This document shows positions 50,690 through 64,000 of a stretch of 64,000 bases of DNA, one piece after another. The notes beneath the pieces are model-generated. The model made no database searches, had not been told where the DNA came from, and saw only the letters and a list, made by a program, of their open reading frames with translations. Position 1 is the first letter of the stretch. Every line of letters starts with the position of its first letter. The stretch comes from Cycas panzhihuaensis (taxonomy: Eukaryota > Plantae > Cycadophyta): assembly GCA_023213395.1 (NCBI GenBank), contig CM041465.1:15004001-15068000 (forward strand), in the 5' to 3' direction. Made by a program: the position numbers and the translations under genes.

Positions 50690-53100
50690 TTAAGGTGACT
50701 AAAAGGACTAGTCTAACAGAACAAACCTTTTTAATCAACTCTTGAGAAGGAGCCCTTGTCTGCTTATGGATAGGCTCTAAACTAGGGCAATTATGCTAAT
50801 ATAAAGTTTAAAATTATTTGCATGCATATAAGAGGAATAGATCTAGATCTACTTAAGCAAAATAAATTATCAACAAATCAAACCTAGATGCAAGAGCTAA
50901 CATGCACTCTTCACTTATATGAATATAACATAGAACACACATATAAGAGATTAAACTATATAATATGAAAACATACAATTTGTTTTCATTTCATTTTTTA
51001 TTTTTTGTTAAATACCCTATAAGAAAATAAGAGAAACACAAGAGATAAGGGAGATCTATATACTTAAGTTATATTTGTTCTATTACCTACTCTTTCATTT
51101 CCTTTTCCACTTGTTCAAGTGTACTCAATTGAAGATAAAAGAGTAAAAAAATGAGTAATCATAGAACTACAAGTCCAAGCCCAAGATCACTAGATCAAAG
51201 CTTATAAAGTCTACTCTTTTCTTGTGTAAGTAAGCAAAACATGAAATATAATCAAAGTAAGCAATTAAATAACAAGAGGTATATTCACTTTGATTTCAAG
51301 AAAAGAAGAGATAACTATGAGGATTATGAGAAGAGTTATATACCTCATGATAAAGTCTAAAACCAAATAATTTCACTTGCTTCAAATCTCTCCTTATGTT
51401 GGAATGATACTCATTAGTAAAGATAACATAACACACATACTGTAATAATTAACTAAAAAGAAATAATTTTTATATGTAAGTCTATATATAAACCAAAATA
51501 ATCCCAACATGAATATAACTTGAAGTAACCTTTGCAGGTAAAAGAGAATTATTATCTTACTTGATGAACCTTTCTAGTTTTCTATTTCACTTCCTCTCAA
51601 GAGTTTGGGATATAATATACCAACCCTTAGTGGGGCCAAACTCATTGAGATTTAGATGAAAGAGTAAACAAGAAGGGTGTAATTACTTAAGAAAGGATTA
51701 TAACCATGAATTAAAACTAGTTCAATTCCTAAAAATAACCTTTTAATAACTCAATCAATATAATATAAACTTAGAAACCAAATTTGACTTGATCCTAAAC
51801 CTTATCACTAAGAGAAATTCATCAAAATCACTTGATTTCAAAGGTGATGAAATCTAGAAAAATAACAATGAACATTTTTTTTAAATTTTTTTCACTAAAA
51901 TAGACTTGAATCAAACCATGCATAAACTAAATAGACTTGAATCAAACCATGCATAAACTTCAATAAGAAACTAACAATAAATCTAAGCAAAATTACCTTA
52001 ACATTGATAAAAACTAGTAGTGCATATCTTAGAAGAGTTCTATGCTTCTACTTAACACTCCACCATCAAGCCCAAGGAGCCATAAGAATGACAAAAATGA
52101 TGATAAAGAGTATAGTAGACACAATCGAAACTAGTAAAAAAACTATAAGAGATTGATCTCCATAAATGAATGAGAGATTAGGCCTGAGAACTATGTAGGA
52201 GATGAGGTAAATATATCCCATTATTCCTCAAATTAGGACCAACAGATTCTCATGGAGATGGATCCCTAATCAAGACTAAAATAATAAAGGAAAGCATAAG
52301 CAATATCTTACAGAAGTTTTGGTAATTTTAAGGGCATAAACTTCACTTTAGAAAAAACCACAAAAGAATCTCTCTACAGACTCTCTTTCTAATAAAGACT
52401 TTCCTTCTACTAAACAAGAAAAATAAGACCAGACCCACAAGCTCTAGATAATTAGAATTTATTTAGACTGAATAACAACTAAGATAAGAAATCATGATAT
52501 GGTTTTTGGCCTTTAAGTAATTGATTTCCATTAATAAAATCTTTAAATGGATAGGATTTGGAATGTTAGGAGGTAATTAAGGTAGGTAAAGTAATAGATT
52601 ACTTTGTTTTTGGGTTGTTAATATTGAGAAAATTACAAAAATTAGCATTTTCTATTAAGTTTTATAAATAATATAGTAAAAATTTTGATCTCCTTAATAA
52701 AACACGATGGCCATGTTTTATTAAGAAAATCATATTTTTAGACTAATTAAAAATATAATTTATGAAAAGTAGGAAAAACATAAGAAAAATAAATATTTTT
52801 ATTTAAAAAATTAATTTACTAAAGAATATAAATTCGAAAAACATAATGATAAGCTTAAAATCACTGTAATTTGAAGCCAATAAAAGAGTTAAAATGGGTC
52901 AAAAAAATCAATTGAAAAATAGAGAAATAATAAGCATGGAATTAAACAACAAAAGGGGGGACTTGGATGAGGAAGGATTCATGTTGAGAAGAAGGTAAAA
53001 GATACACACACCATAGTATCGATGATTAGCAAAGAGATAATCATCATCATATATAATCAATCATATTATCATAATCTAAAAATGACATTATACAAGACTA
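50690..53100 (-). repeat. probable long gypsy LTR (boundaries approximate)
   Basis: Abruptly interrupts the copia RT/RH; non-coding; layout similar to the 8121-10885 LTR; no second copy in the window. Confidence 0.35.
51898..51959. repeat. perfect 31-bp tandem duplication
   Basis: aaatagacttgaatcaaaccatgcataaact x2. Confidence 0.95.
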
Positions 53101-53562
53101 AATATATTTGCTATCATGACTAGACCATGACATGATGAATAAAATATTAATCATTGATTCCTCATAATATCAAACACATATTCAAATGCACATACCAACA
53201 ACAATTATAGAATGATCTATGATAAATAACCTAGTTATGAACCTAATCGAGTGTAAGGGCTTGATTATGGTGAAACATTTTTTCTCTTATCACCAAAAGC
53301 TCCTACTTTGGAGTGAAAGTAGGATGGTGAATGGTGGCAACTTAGAATCAAGATTAAATTTGCTCTTGGCAAAATAAAAGTGAAACCTAAATGATAGAAC
53401 TATATATGATGTAGTGATAAATAAAAACTATTCTATTGGGATTGAACCTAAGCAAACTAGAAAAATCCACTTTCAAACTACATTCTAAACCATACTATAA
53501 AACTTGATTAACGGTGAGATTAGATTGCCCATCAAACTGATGGGGCTTTGAAAAGAAGATGG

Positions 53563-53854
53563 TTGTTATAGTTTAGTCTCATTAACAATGCTTCATAGGG
53601 GTCAATCACCATAGTTTCTCTCTCATTAGTGACCAATCTATACCCCTTGGAGGAATAGGAGAGTAGGATTTTGAAGGAAGGGCCCCATCAAAAGAATATA
53701 ATGGGAAAAGATTGCCATGGTTTTAACTCATTAGCATGTTGCTTTTTAGAGCTAAAGACTACCATAGTTTAGGCTCATTAGTAAATGACTATTTAGAACA
53801 TATTATTTTTTAGTATATGTGATAAAGATTGACATAGTTTAGGCTCTTCAACAA
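53563..53854. repeat. five dispersed ~26-bp repeats (consensus TTGCCATAGTTTAGGCTCATTAGCAA)
   Basis: Copies at ~53563, 53606, 53712, 53759 and 53829; two more at ~57231 and ~57270. Confidence 0.8.
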
Positions 53855-54389
53855 GTGATTTCTCAAAGTAGTTAATTATCATTTTTTTAGTATACCTAAG
53901 GATCAAACAGAGGTAAAATTTAAAATAAGGATAAAAAATTTATTTAGTAGACTATAAACACATATAACATTAGAAACATTGACCTCAAAGTAAATCTCTT
54001 ATCCATCTCAATTTTAATGCCCTTATTAATGGAAAAAGAGAGCTAAAAAGAGGGCAAATTAAGGTACGAGAAATGATTATGAGTTGAACAAGGAACTTTA
54101 GATCATAACACCTATAAAACATGACTATCCAAAAGGAGTAAATTTAAATGTAAAGTTTTTCTCTTTGGATAAGAAGGTCATTTATATGAGAAAGGGGCTT
54201 TATTTACTTTCATTTTTATAGGTGAGAGTTAGAGCCAGAGAGTTATTTCTATAGCAATATCATAATTTGGTACAATTAGAGATTGATTTTGAGGGTTTAA
54301 TGCATCATCAAGTGAGACAAGCAAATATGTAGTATGGATTATAGTATATAATGAGTCGGTAATGTTATCTTTTATGTTTTGGTGGATAT

Positions 54390-54632
54390 TTCAATTAAAA
54401 ACATGATTTTGTCAATTAAAAATATAGAGTGAAATTAAAAACATGATAAACATATCAAAAATATGATTTCAAAATCGAGATTTTTGGAAAATCATATTTT
54501 TAATTGATTTATTATGTTTTGGAACTAATAAATCATGTTTTTGACTGACAAATCATATTTTTAACTAATTTTTTATATTTCAGGATTGATAAATCATGTT
54601 TTTTTACTAATAAATCATGTTTTTAATTAATT
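54390..54632. repeat. inverted array of ~20-bp AATTAAAAACATGATTT / AAATCATGTTTTTAATT motifs
   Basis: Motif orientation flips at the imperfect palindrome tttcaaaatcgagatttttggaaa (~54467-54490). Confidence 0.75.
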
Positions 54633-55961
54633 TTTCATAAGAATTAGGAACAAGTTGGTTCCTAATCCCTATGATAGGATGTTAGTTTAAACAAATGATG
54701 AGGCTAAAATTGCTAAGAGGATAACAGTAAGGAGACCACCTCTTATACCAAGAGGTAGAGGGCAAGGAGTAGGTGGAAAGGGGAAGAGATAAGGTGGTCA
54801 GGGAGTAGGCATTATTACACACTAGAGAGATTGGGTAGGCTAAGTGATAAGCTAAGTAGAGATGAAGGTAGAGGAGGATAGGGAGAGATTACATTAGAGA
54901 TAAGCAGAGCAGTGGAAGGTGGTTCTCCTATATACAATATGGACATTAGCTCCAATGGTAGTCATGGAGCCATGGTAGGTGGCTATGGAGGGGAAGAAGT
55001 TCCTCAATGACTAGTTAATAGAGCAATAACATAACTAGTAGGTACAATTCACTCTTATTAATTTATTTTAGATTACAAGATAGTTTCCTTAATTTATATT
55101 TTTTTAATATAAATTAACTAATTTTGATATGCATTTATGGTAGGCGAGGATATGATAGTACTTTTTAAGGTGAGGAGGATTTTGGATATCCTTCTTTTGT
55201 ATGTATTCCATTCATAGGATCCTCTTGTTTGGTAGGAGAATGACTGAGTGCTACTAGGCCCTTGTATTGAGTATTTTACTCTTGTTATTCAAGCACAAGA
55301 CATGTATCGGGATGTAGCAGGATGATTGATCATATCAAAGGTAGGGTTATGGCGAGTTAACAATGAGTGACATCACTTACAAAGGATGAATATCTTACAA
55401 GCTAGCAAATATGTAACTCTTTCAAGTAGCACATATATATAATAGGGTAGACATGGTCCTCATAGAAGGGAGAGGATATATAGTCATTCTTATAACCATC
55501 ATATAAGAGATGGACAAAGTAACTCTCATCATCCTTCACATGAATAAGCATGAATATAGGGAGATAGTTGAGAGGGAGAGGGATGAATTAGCTCAATGGG
55601 TATAGGGATGTATAAGCAGGTATACTTATGATGATTTGTATATACCCAAAGAAGCTGCAAGACTATAGTTTTGTATATATGCCTTGATGTACTACATGAT
55701 CTTTTATATATACATGATATCATTATTTTATTTTTAGAGATTGTAGATGTATGAAAGATTATTGACTCTAACCTTACTTCTCTTTTATCTTTTCCTCCTT
55801 TTTTATGATATATATTTGGTTAACCTCATATACAGATTCTATATTATACCTTAAAAAAAAAAATGTTTTAGTTTTTATTTTTTATTTTTTTGGTAATAAT
55901 ATTTACATAATAGTTTATGCTCATTCTAGAGTGGTGCCCCCAACTTCAAGAAGGAAGATTA

Positions 55962-56360
55962 TCAAAGATAATGTTCTAACATATGAGAGATTAAAAAGTC
56001 AAGTTTAGTATTTTGATTGCATGAGACATACTGAATGATGAATGATGAAAAAATATACAACAATGACAAAGCTTGATGATGAAGGGAATGTAATTGAGGA
56101 GAATGGACATAATATATATCAACTAGTTGATAGACCATGTCTTGAGAATTAGAATATAAGTCAATATAATCATGGTAAGAGTTTAGGACATTTGCTAAAG
56201 CTTCTATAACCAATATATTCAACTTTATTATTAGTTGATTGAGGTAAAACATGTTGATAGAGGTTAAGAGATTGTCTAGTTGATCATGCACTACCCATGT
56301 GGCAATATATGGTCCTAGATTACCTCTACTACCCCCATCAGTATATATACATAATGTCAT
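55962..56360 (-). pseudogene. archaeal-type RNase H (aRH) downstream of the Tat integrase
   Basis: YTDGGSRGNLGP; frameshifted STNNKVEY; SNSQDMVYQL (DSQL); NQNTKLDFL (N..AD.LA). Confidence 0.85.
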
Positions 56361-58992
56361 TATGAAAGAGGATCGATATTCCTTCTTTTTTAAGTTCCCC
56401 AAATCCCCCCCCAAACCCCCCCTTTCCCTTTTTTAAAATTAATTTTCTTTTAACAAACATTATTGACTAAAGCATTCTATATGATGGTTTATGTGAGGGT
56501 CATGGTGAATTAAGCATTTCTGATCCCACTGTCTGGAAGATACTCATTCACCATCTTGGTTATGATCATCATGCAATTTTCACCAAGATAAGATAAAGAG
56601 AGAGAAGATAAATTTATGAGTGATTAATGATTAACTTAATCAAGAAATATCTTTTCAAACTACAACAAGAATGACCTTTTTAATTAAACCAAGAAAATAA
56701 AAATCATAAAACAAATTCCTCAAAGGTTAAATTATAGGAAAAGAAAGTATCTCTATATCACAATACCTCTAAGTGTAAAGGGAAGGTAGTAGAATAAGCA
56801 ACAACCTTAGGAGTATAGTAAGGGGATACCAATAATTATATTGAATACAAGGTCAAATAAATATATGTGAAAGGTGTACAAGTAAACCAAGTCCCAATAC
56901 TAATAAATGAGGATCAAAGTGTCTCACATATCAGTTAAAGCTAACCATTTAGATTCTATATATGATTATGGCCTTAATAAATAGAGCTAGGGGTCCTATT
57001 TCTCTTATAAGTTTGGAACTTAGAAAAGAAGACTAAGAATACTTTGATCAATGTAAAAGAGATAGAAGTATGTTCTTAATGGCTAATGCTTATACCTAGT
57101 TAAGAGATAATGGTCTTATATGGTTACTAAGTACAACTCATATTCTTCAAGCTCAATCTAACAATGAAAGTAGAGAAAGAGAGAGCTATAATTATATGAA
57201 AATATTAGTTGCAAAAAAGAGAAATAAAGATCGTCTCTAGTTTAGGCTCATTAAACAAAATAGATTTCAGAGCCATAGTTTACCCTCATTATAGAGTAAA
57301 GACATTTTAACTCTTAAGTATAAAATTTTTATAAGAATTATAAATTAATTAGCTTTTAAAGTTATAATACCTCAAGATTTAAAATATGATAAGAACCATT
57401 CTCTAAAACTTCAATAATTAGATACAAACTTATCTATTTAGGTGCAAATTTTTATTATTTATCATGTAAGTATTCTAGTTTAAGAAATTTATCTTTGATA
57501 TGAAATTTATAAGGTCTTAATTATTTATTGTGAGCTACTTGAGCTATAGATTTTGAGGCAAGATCATTTTGGAGGGTAGTTAAGCATGCTTTGTCCATCT
57601 TTTCTAACTTTAAAATATGATTTTCTCTCTGAAATTCTTCATTAGTAAATTCTTTTAAGGATACACACAAAGATGGTATCTTGAGCTCTAAAGGTAAAAT
57701 AGGCTCAACTATATATACTAAATAAAATGGTGTCATCATAGTAGCATTTCTATAGAAGTACGATAGGCCCATAATGTAACAAACAATTACACATTCTAAT
57801 CGAGATGAAAAGTAGCTATGGTCTTAGCCAAAATCTTAGCTAATGTCTTATTAAAAGCTTCCACTTTTCTATTAGATTAGGGGTGGTAAGGAGTTGAGAG
57901 TCAATGAGTAATATGAAATTTCTTGCATAACTTTATTACATGGGAATTACAAAATAAAGTTCCATTATCAACAACATTGATATCTAAAGTTTAAAATATA
58001 TAAATAATATATAAAAAAATAAAAGTAACAACTACTTTCTTAGCAAAAGGGACTAGAGAAATAACCTCATTCTATTTAGTAGAATATTTAGTAGCTATTA
58101 GAATAAATTTATCCATTTAAAAATGGAGAAAAAATTTATTTGATGAGGTCTAGTCCCCATTAAGAAAATAGCCAACGAGATATGATAGACTCGAGACCTT
58201 AAGATGGTTGATGAATAAGAGTGGCATGGGATTGACACTTCTCACATTTTTGAATATATGCATGTGCACCATTTAATAATGGATGCTAATAATATTCCAT
58301 ATATAGGATATATTAAGCTATGGATTGATCATTGAAATGGCCTCCATAAATACCAACATGGTATTCTTCCAAGGTAGTTTGAGCTTCAGTAGAGAAAAGA
58401 CACCATAATAGAATTCCATCAAATAAACATTTGTATAGAACATTATCTAATAGAAGATACTACTGAGTAGTAGCTCTAATCCTCCTTCTCTTTTTTGAAG
58501 AGGAAGAAGAAGAGAAGGTTTGATTTAAAAGGTAGGATTTAATCTCCTTATACCAAACTTATTCTAAAGTAACCAATTCTATTTAAAGAATATGTTTATT
58601 AAGAAATCTATTATCTATAAATTCATTTAAGAAATTAGGTAATAGGGCTTCTACCATCATTTAACAACTACCATATCATTTTTAGATTTTTTATTAACAA
58701 TCTTAAAATTGAACTCTTATAAAAGTAGAGCCCATTTATCTAATTATCTAGTAAGATCACCTTTAGTAAGTAAATAACAAATAGGGTTAGATTGGACAAA
58801 GAGAAAGTTGGTATTACCAAGGAGATAATGCCATAACTTCTTAGCAGCAAACACTAACAAAATCCACTCTTTCTTAGTCAATAGATAATTAAACTCAACC
58901 ATAACTAGTCTTTTGCTTATAAAACAAATAGCCGATTCTTTGCCAAATTCATCTTTCTGAGAAAGCATACTTCTAAGGGATTCTTCTATGGA

Positions 58993-58994
<2 letters not shown>

Positions 58995-59024
<30 letters not shown>
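58995..59024. repeat. (AT)15 microsatellite inside the RNase H coding region
   Basis: direct reading. Confidence 0.97.
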
Positions 59025-59027
<3 letters not shown>

Positions 59028-62000
59028 ATAAATGGTTTATTGAAAATAAGAGGAGTGAGCACAAGGGTAGAGATTAATGCTTGTTTTAATTTATTAAAAA
59101 GCTCTTAAGTAAGAGGAGTATAAGTAAGAGAAACCTCCTTTTCTAAAAGGTTAGTGAGGGGTTTAGAATTCAATACAAAATTAACTATAAAATGTAGTAG
59201 GAAGCCTAATTTTCTAAGAAATTATTTAACTTATTTTTGTGTATGAGGAGGAGGCATTTCAATAATGGCTTTTACCATATCAAGGTCTACCCTAATACCA
59301 TTATGAAAGACTATATTGCCTAATATTTTTCTTGAAGTAACTAAATACACATTTATTTAGATTAAGGCAAAGGTAAAATTTTCATCATCTTTTAAAGATA
59401 GTTTTAAGATTTTGAATGTGGTCTCTTTGATTTCATGATAGGACAAGCATATCATCTAAGTAAACAACCATTATAATGTCAATATAGTCATGGAAAATAA
59501 AGACCATGACTCACTGACATATAGCTCTAGAATTTTTAAAGCTAAATGGCATAACTTTGAATGTAAAATCTTCCCATGGCATGGTGAAAGTAGTCTTATG
59601 AGATAAGAATCTGATTATAACCTAAAATATGATTTACAAGGGACATAACTTCAAAGTTGGTAGTCTAGTCTTAGATTTAATCTAAAAATATAAGAGGAAA
59701 GTTATCCTTAGGACAAGCATCATTAATGTCATGAAAGTCAACACATATCTAGATAAAACCATTCTTTTTTGTCATAGTAACTATATTGGAAATCCACTGT
59801 GAATAACTAATATTCTTAATGAAGCCTATTTTTAAGTGTTTCTCCACTTCTTATTTAATTACATTTGATATATAAAGATGTATAGGACTTTACGTTTATC
59901 TCTTAGACTTAACACCTATAAAGGTAGTGATACTATGAATAACAACATTAGGATGAAGGCCCTACATATCATTAATCCTAGGTAAAGACTAAGATAAATT
60001 CACAAAAGAGTTCTTTAAGTTGTCCTACTTTTTTAGAAGTGTAATCTACCACAACTTTAATTATCTTTGGAGTTTCACCTACCTTTAAATCAATATCAAT
60101 AGTTTCACCTATAGGCATAACACTTCCTTCCTCAAAATAAGGGGGGGTAGGGTTTATAAAAGATGTAGAATCATTTGAAGATTGATGAGAATTAGTTAAT
60201 AATAAATTATGATGCAACTATTTACCAAACTTGAGCTTGTGGTGATTAAAAGGAAGGTTAGACTGAGCTCTAGCCAAGTGTTCTAAAATTGCTTCATCAT
60301 TTTCAAAATGGCCAAGATGATAAATATCTCTAAGGATAGAGTTCTTACTCCCAAATTAAAGATGATGAAATGAATCCACAAGAAGAACATTCTCAAGAGA
60401 ATGATGACTCTAATTTTGTATAATGTTCATTATTAAAGGTATTTATAAAAAAGGACTATATTAGTTAGGAAATTCCCAATTTGAGTTTAAGATTTAATGA
60501 AAACTAATTTATTAATATAAGAAAAACTTATAGAAGGGGATATATAAATGAAAGATGATGGAGTAGTCTTGAAAAAATTCTTGAGAAGGAAGAGAAATTA
60601 TAGAAATCATATTTACTTCCTTAGTCTCCCTGAAATATATTGGACTTAATCTAGATAGGAGGCATATTGAAGACATTTCACCTTCTGGCAATGGAATGCT
60701 GAGATATCAATGTAGTAAAAATTTCCTCTCATTCTAATTAATCCAAGTAACTAAAAAAGGAGATTGGCAATTAGAGACCTTATTATATGATGCAATAGAG
60801 TTATAAGATAAGGGCAATCACCTATATATATAAGTAATAGGTGGTAAATTGTTAAGAGGATTTCTAATAATATGAAAACATAAGGTGCATATAAAATCTT
60901 GCTCATCAAAGGATAAAGTATAAGGAAGAATCTCATAAGATGGTGGTGGTTCATCAGGGGTCTCACTATCATCATTTTCCATAATTTCTCTTAAAGGAGA
61001 AGGAATTGGAAAAGGTTCCATAGTGGATTAAAAAGTCTTCACATTATTATAGGGAAATGAAAATCTTTGTTCAAAAGATATACTTTCAATCATGTTTACT
61101 TCCTTGATTTCTTATTCATATGGAGAGGGATCATTAATAATAAAATACTATCCTAGAGCTAGAGATTGAAAGAAATATTAAGAAGAGTTAGAAGACTCTC
61201 TAGTTTATATGACAATTTCTACTAATAGGACTTATTGTTTTATAGAACTTAATCTTTACTTTACAATTTTTAATTATCCCTTATGGATGAACTAGAGTTC
61301 ACTAATAAGTAAAGAATAAATGATAAACATCCAGTTAATCTATGGATTACCTAAGAAAATATTATACTCTAAGTCTAAATTTATAATAGCAAGGTTGACC
61401 ATGACTATCTTCTATTTTGAAGTAAGTGGAAGAGCAACTTGACTAAGAGAAGTCTTTTGGTTTTTATCATATTCCTAGCATATCCATGCATAAGGTTTAA
61501 AAGTAATAATTTCTAAAACTTCAATAAGATGAAGAGGAATTACATTCATTGATGAACTTTCATAAAAAATAATTTGTTGGATGTTGATATCATCTTTACA
61601 TTTTTTAATATAAAATAGAGGAATGTCGTTAGGGTTATGCTTTGGTTGACTAAGTAAGGTAGCCAAATTGAATGAGAGAGTAAGGCTTAATGGGGAGTTG
61701 GGAATTAGAATCCCCAAAGCATAAAGTAAAAGATGGTGTTACTTAAGGCAGCTCCTCAATAAGTCCATCATTAAAATACTAACAATGATAGCTTTTAGTT
61801 TATTAACAAAAGAGAAAGTTCTATCTTTTAATGTAGAAGGAATGGACCTAAAACAAATAGGTCAAAGAAGAATAAGTGGCAAATAATTAGGATTCTTGAT
61901 GGGTAAATCATCAAAGGATTTGGTCATACCTAGGTTCCTTATAACCTTGACCATATAATTATTCTTTTATTTTTACCACCCTTAAGAGGTGGTCAATGCT

Positions 62001-64000
62001 AATTATTAGTTTGTTTATTAGTCGTACCAAGTGAGGTGATACACGTTTTAGCTAGATTGAAGCATGCACTCTTATCATCACTTATTTCATATTGCTTAGC
62101 CTTGCCTTTATTATCATCCTTAACATCTTTGGGGTCATGATTGGGCAATGGATCTTTGTGAATCAATTACTCTTGATTTAGTTTTGATGTAGATATGTTA
62201 GGAGTTTTAGTCTTTTTGACTTGTAGCTTGCACTACCCAACATTGGTTCATATCATGAGCATCGGTTTAATGATGTGAATACCAAGGAGTCTTCTTCATT
62301 AGAGGTGGAGGAGAAGGATTCTAATATTTTTTCTCTTCAATAAAGTGAATAACCTTATCTTCTTATTTAGGTTCATTAGTAAGAGGATTTTCAATGTATA
62401 ACTTAGTGTTTATGGTATACCCAAGTTCCCTAATAGAAGAGGTGAGGTGGTTGCATATTTGGTCATTATGAGTAGGCTCAAGTGGTTGGGGAGAATCTTT
62501 TATTGGAATAGGCTTACTAATCTTCTTAATACTAGCTTAGGTCTCAAAGTCTTTAAGAGATAAGTATTTATCTATGACCTCTTCATAAGATTGGGTACCG
62601 AGTTTTAGAACTTCTAAATGTATGTGAGGTCTTAAGGCATTAGTAAAGAGGTCAAAGAGGAAGCTTGAATTAAGAGGGGGATGATAAGCATGTACTAGGT
62701 CTTGAAATCTCTTAACAAAATAACAAGATGAATCATGATGATTTTGTTTTATTGATAATAAAGACTTAATCCTAGTTTCAAATGGCATGGAAATATTGAA
62801 ATAGCTAATGAAGGAATCAATCAATTGTTGCAAAGAAAATATCAAATAGAAGGGAGATGGTAAAACCACTTCAATGCATGACCTTGAAGTGATTTGGGAA
62901 ACAATTACATCATAACATAGTCATACAAAAGGAAATTAGTATATGCAAGTGTAAAAACTTACACATGTCAGGTAGGATATTGGGAATGATCATTTGAAAT
63001 CTTTGGTAATTTGGGTAGAAATAGGGGTATAGAGGAAAGGAGAATCTCTTGTAAAAGGGCACTAAAGAGGAGATTATTGATAAGGTAAGGAAGTTCTAAG
63101 TTGGGGTTGATTACAATGAGAAGGATAAAGAGGTAGAGGATGAGTGGGATTAAACCATGTGGTAAGGTTAAAACTACTATTTATTTGTGGAATAGGATAT
63201 TGTAGAATTAAAAGGTTATATTGAAGAGGAGGTATCATATGTTGAGCATAAGATAGGTAAGGGTTATAAGATCTAGGAGTGAAAGAAGACATGGTTTGCT
63301 TTATAGGCTTAAATGTATGTTACTTATGAGTATGTTGATAAAAGGTAATATATGTATGAGAACATTAAGTATTGTATAAAGGATATGGGGGTGATAAAGG
63401 CATAGGTCTATTATGAGAAGGGGAAAGAGACAGTCTCACACTATATGTGGTATTTTCATAGTAAAGAGGATATGGGTTTCTTTAAGTAGGAATAGAAGTA
63501 TGATGGAAGGGATGGACCCACCAAGTGGTGGGACATGTAAATGAAAATAAGGGTACTTGTATTTATGAATGAAAGAGGGTATTTTACTTAATTAATAAGA
63601 TGTATATCCTTGTTGAGGATTTCTAAAGGTAAGATGATGCTCTTAAGTGGAATTGAGGAGATGGGAGAAATTTGAATCCCTTCTTACATAAGATGAACTA
63701 GTACATAAGGTTATGAATGAACTAAGTTGGTATCTCCTACCTCATCAAGTGGTACATGAGGCATCTTAGAAGTAGACAAATGAGAAGGAAAGGGGGAATA
63801 TAGAATATTCATCATGTGAGAAGTCTCATTATATAAAGATTTATATTCTTGTATAAGAGGATTAGATTGTTCATGATATTTTTAGGAATTAGATGTGAGG
63901 ACATGGCCATAGTATAAATATATTAATGGAATGGGTCTTGGTAACTAGGGATAGGTACATGAGAGGGAATTTAGTAAGCATAGGTTCAAAGTAAGGATGG

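Larger units (their letters stand above)
55935..64000 (-). mobile_element. second Tat-like gypsy (gag-PR-linker-RT-RH-INT...aRH), running off the window
   Basis: gag 62537-62869 is homologous to 6213-6626; PR ~61300-61600; RT ~59100-60000; RH 58744-59064; INT ~57350-58420 (STPYHP*SN, ILPLELKIPSL). Confidence 0.88.

Noticed and set aside
53563-53854. CRISPR-like repeat-spacer array
   Set aside because: The repeats are degenerate and irregularly spaced, and they recur in a Tat 3' UTR at 57231.
55935-55955. PPT and 3' LTR start of the second Tat element
   Set aside because: gaagttgggggca is PPT-like, but no clear TG start or partner LTR is visible in the window.

Overview
Eukaryotic plant DNA, most likely a large-genome gymnosperm (inferred from the TE lineages). 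The window is almost entirely nested, decayed retroelements, with no intact host gene, RNA gene or CRISPR array. It contains two Tat-like Ty3/gypsy elements (one bounded by a GTATC TSD; one with an archaeal-type RNase H downstream of integrase), a 5'-truncated L1-type LINE with RNase H, one full-length and several partial Ty1/copia elements, a non-chromoviral gypsy and a chromovirus remnant. The most unusual signal is a non-autonomous copia-derived family whose LTR U5 end carries a tandem array of 40-41 bp units, each made of a tRNA-iMet primer-binding site plus a new LTR terminus (0, 1 and 3 units are seen in the window). One copy (35665-41124) carries an antisense captured F-box/kelch-like host gene fragment. 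Another (20673-21723) is a fold-back insertion bounded by two inverted U5 ends with a perfect TACTC target-site duplication. Identities are by-eye estimates and domain calls rest on recognised motifs, not searches.
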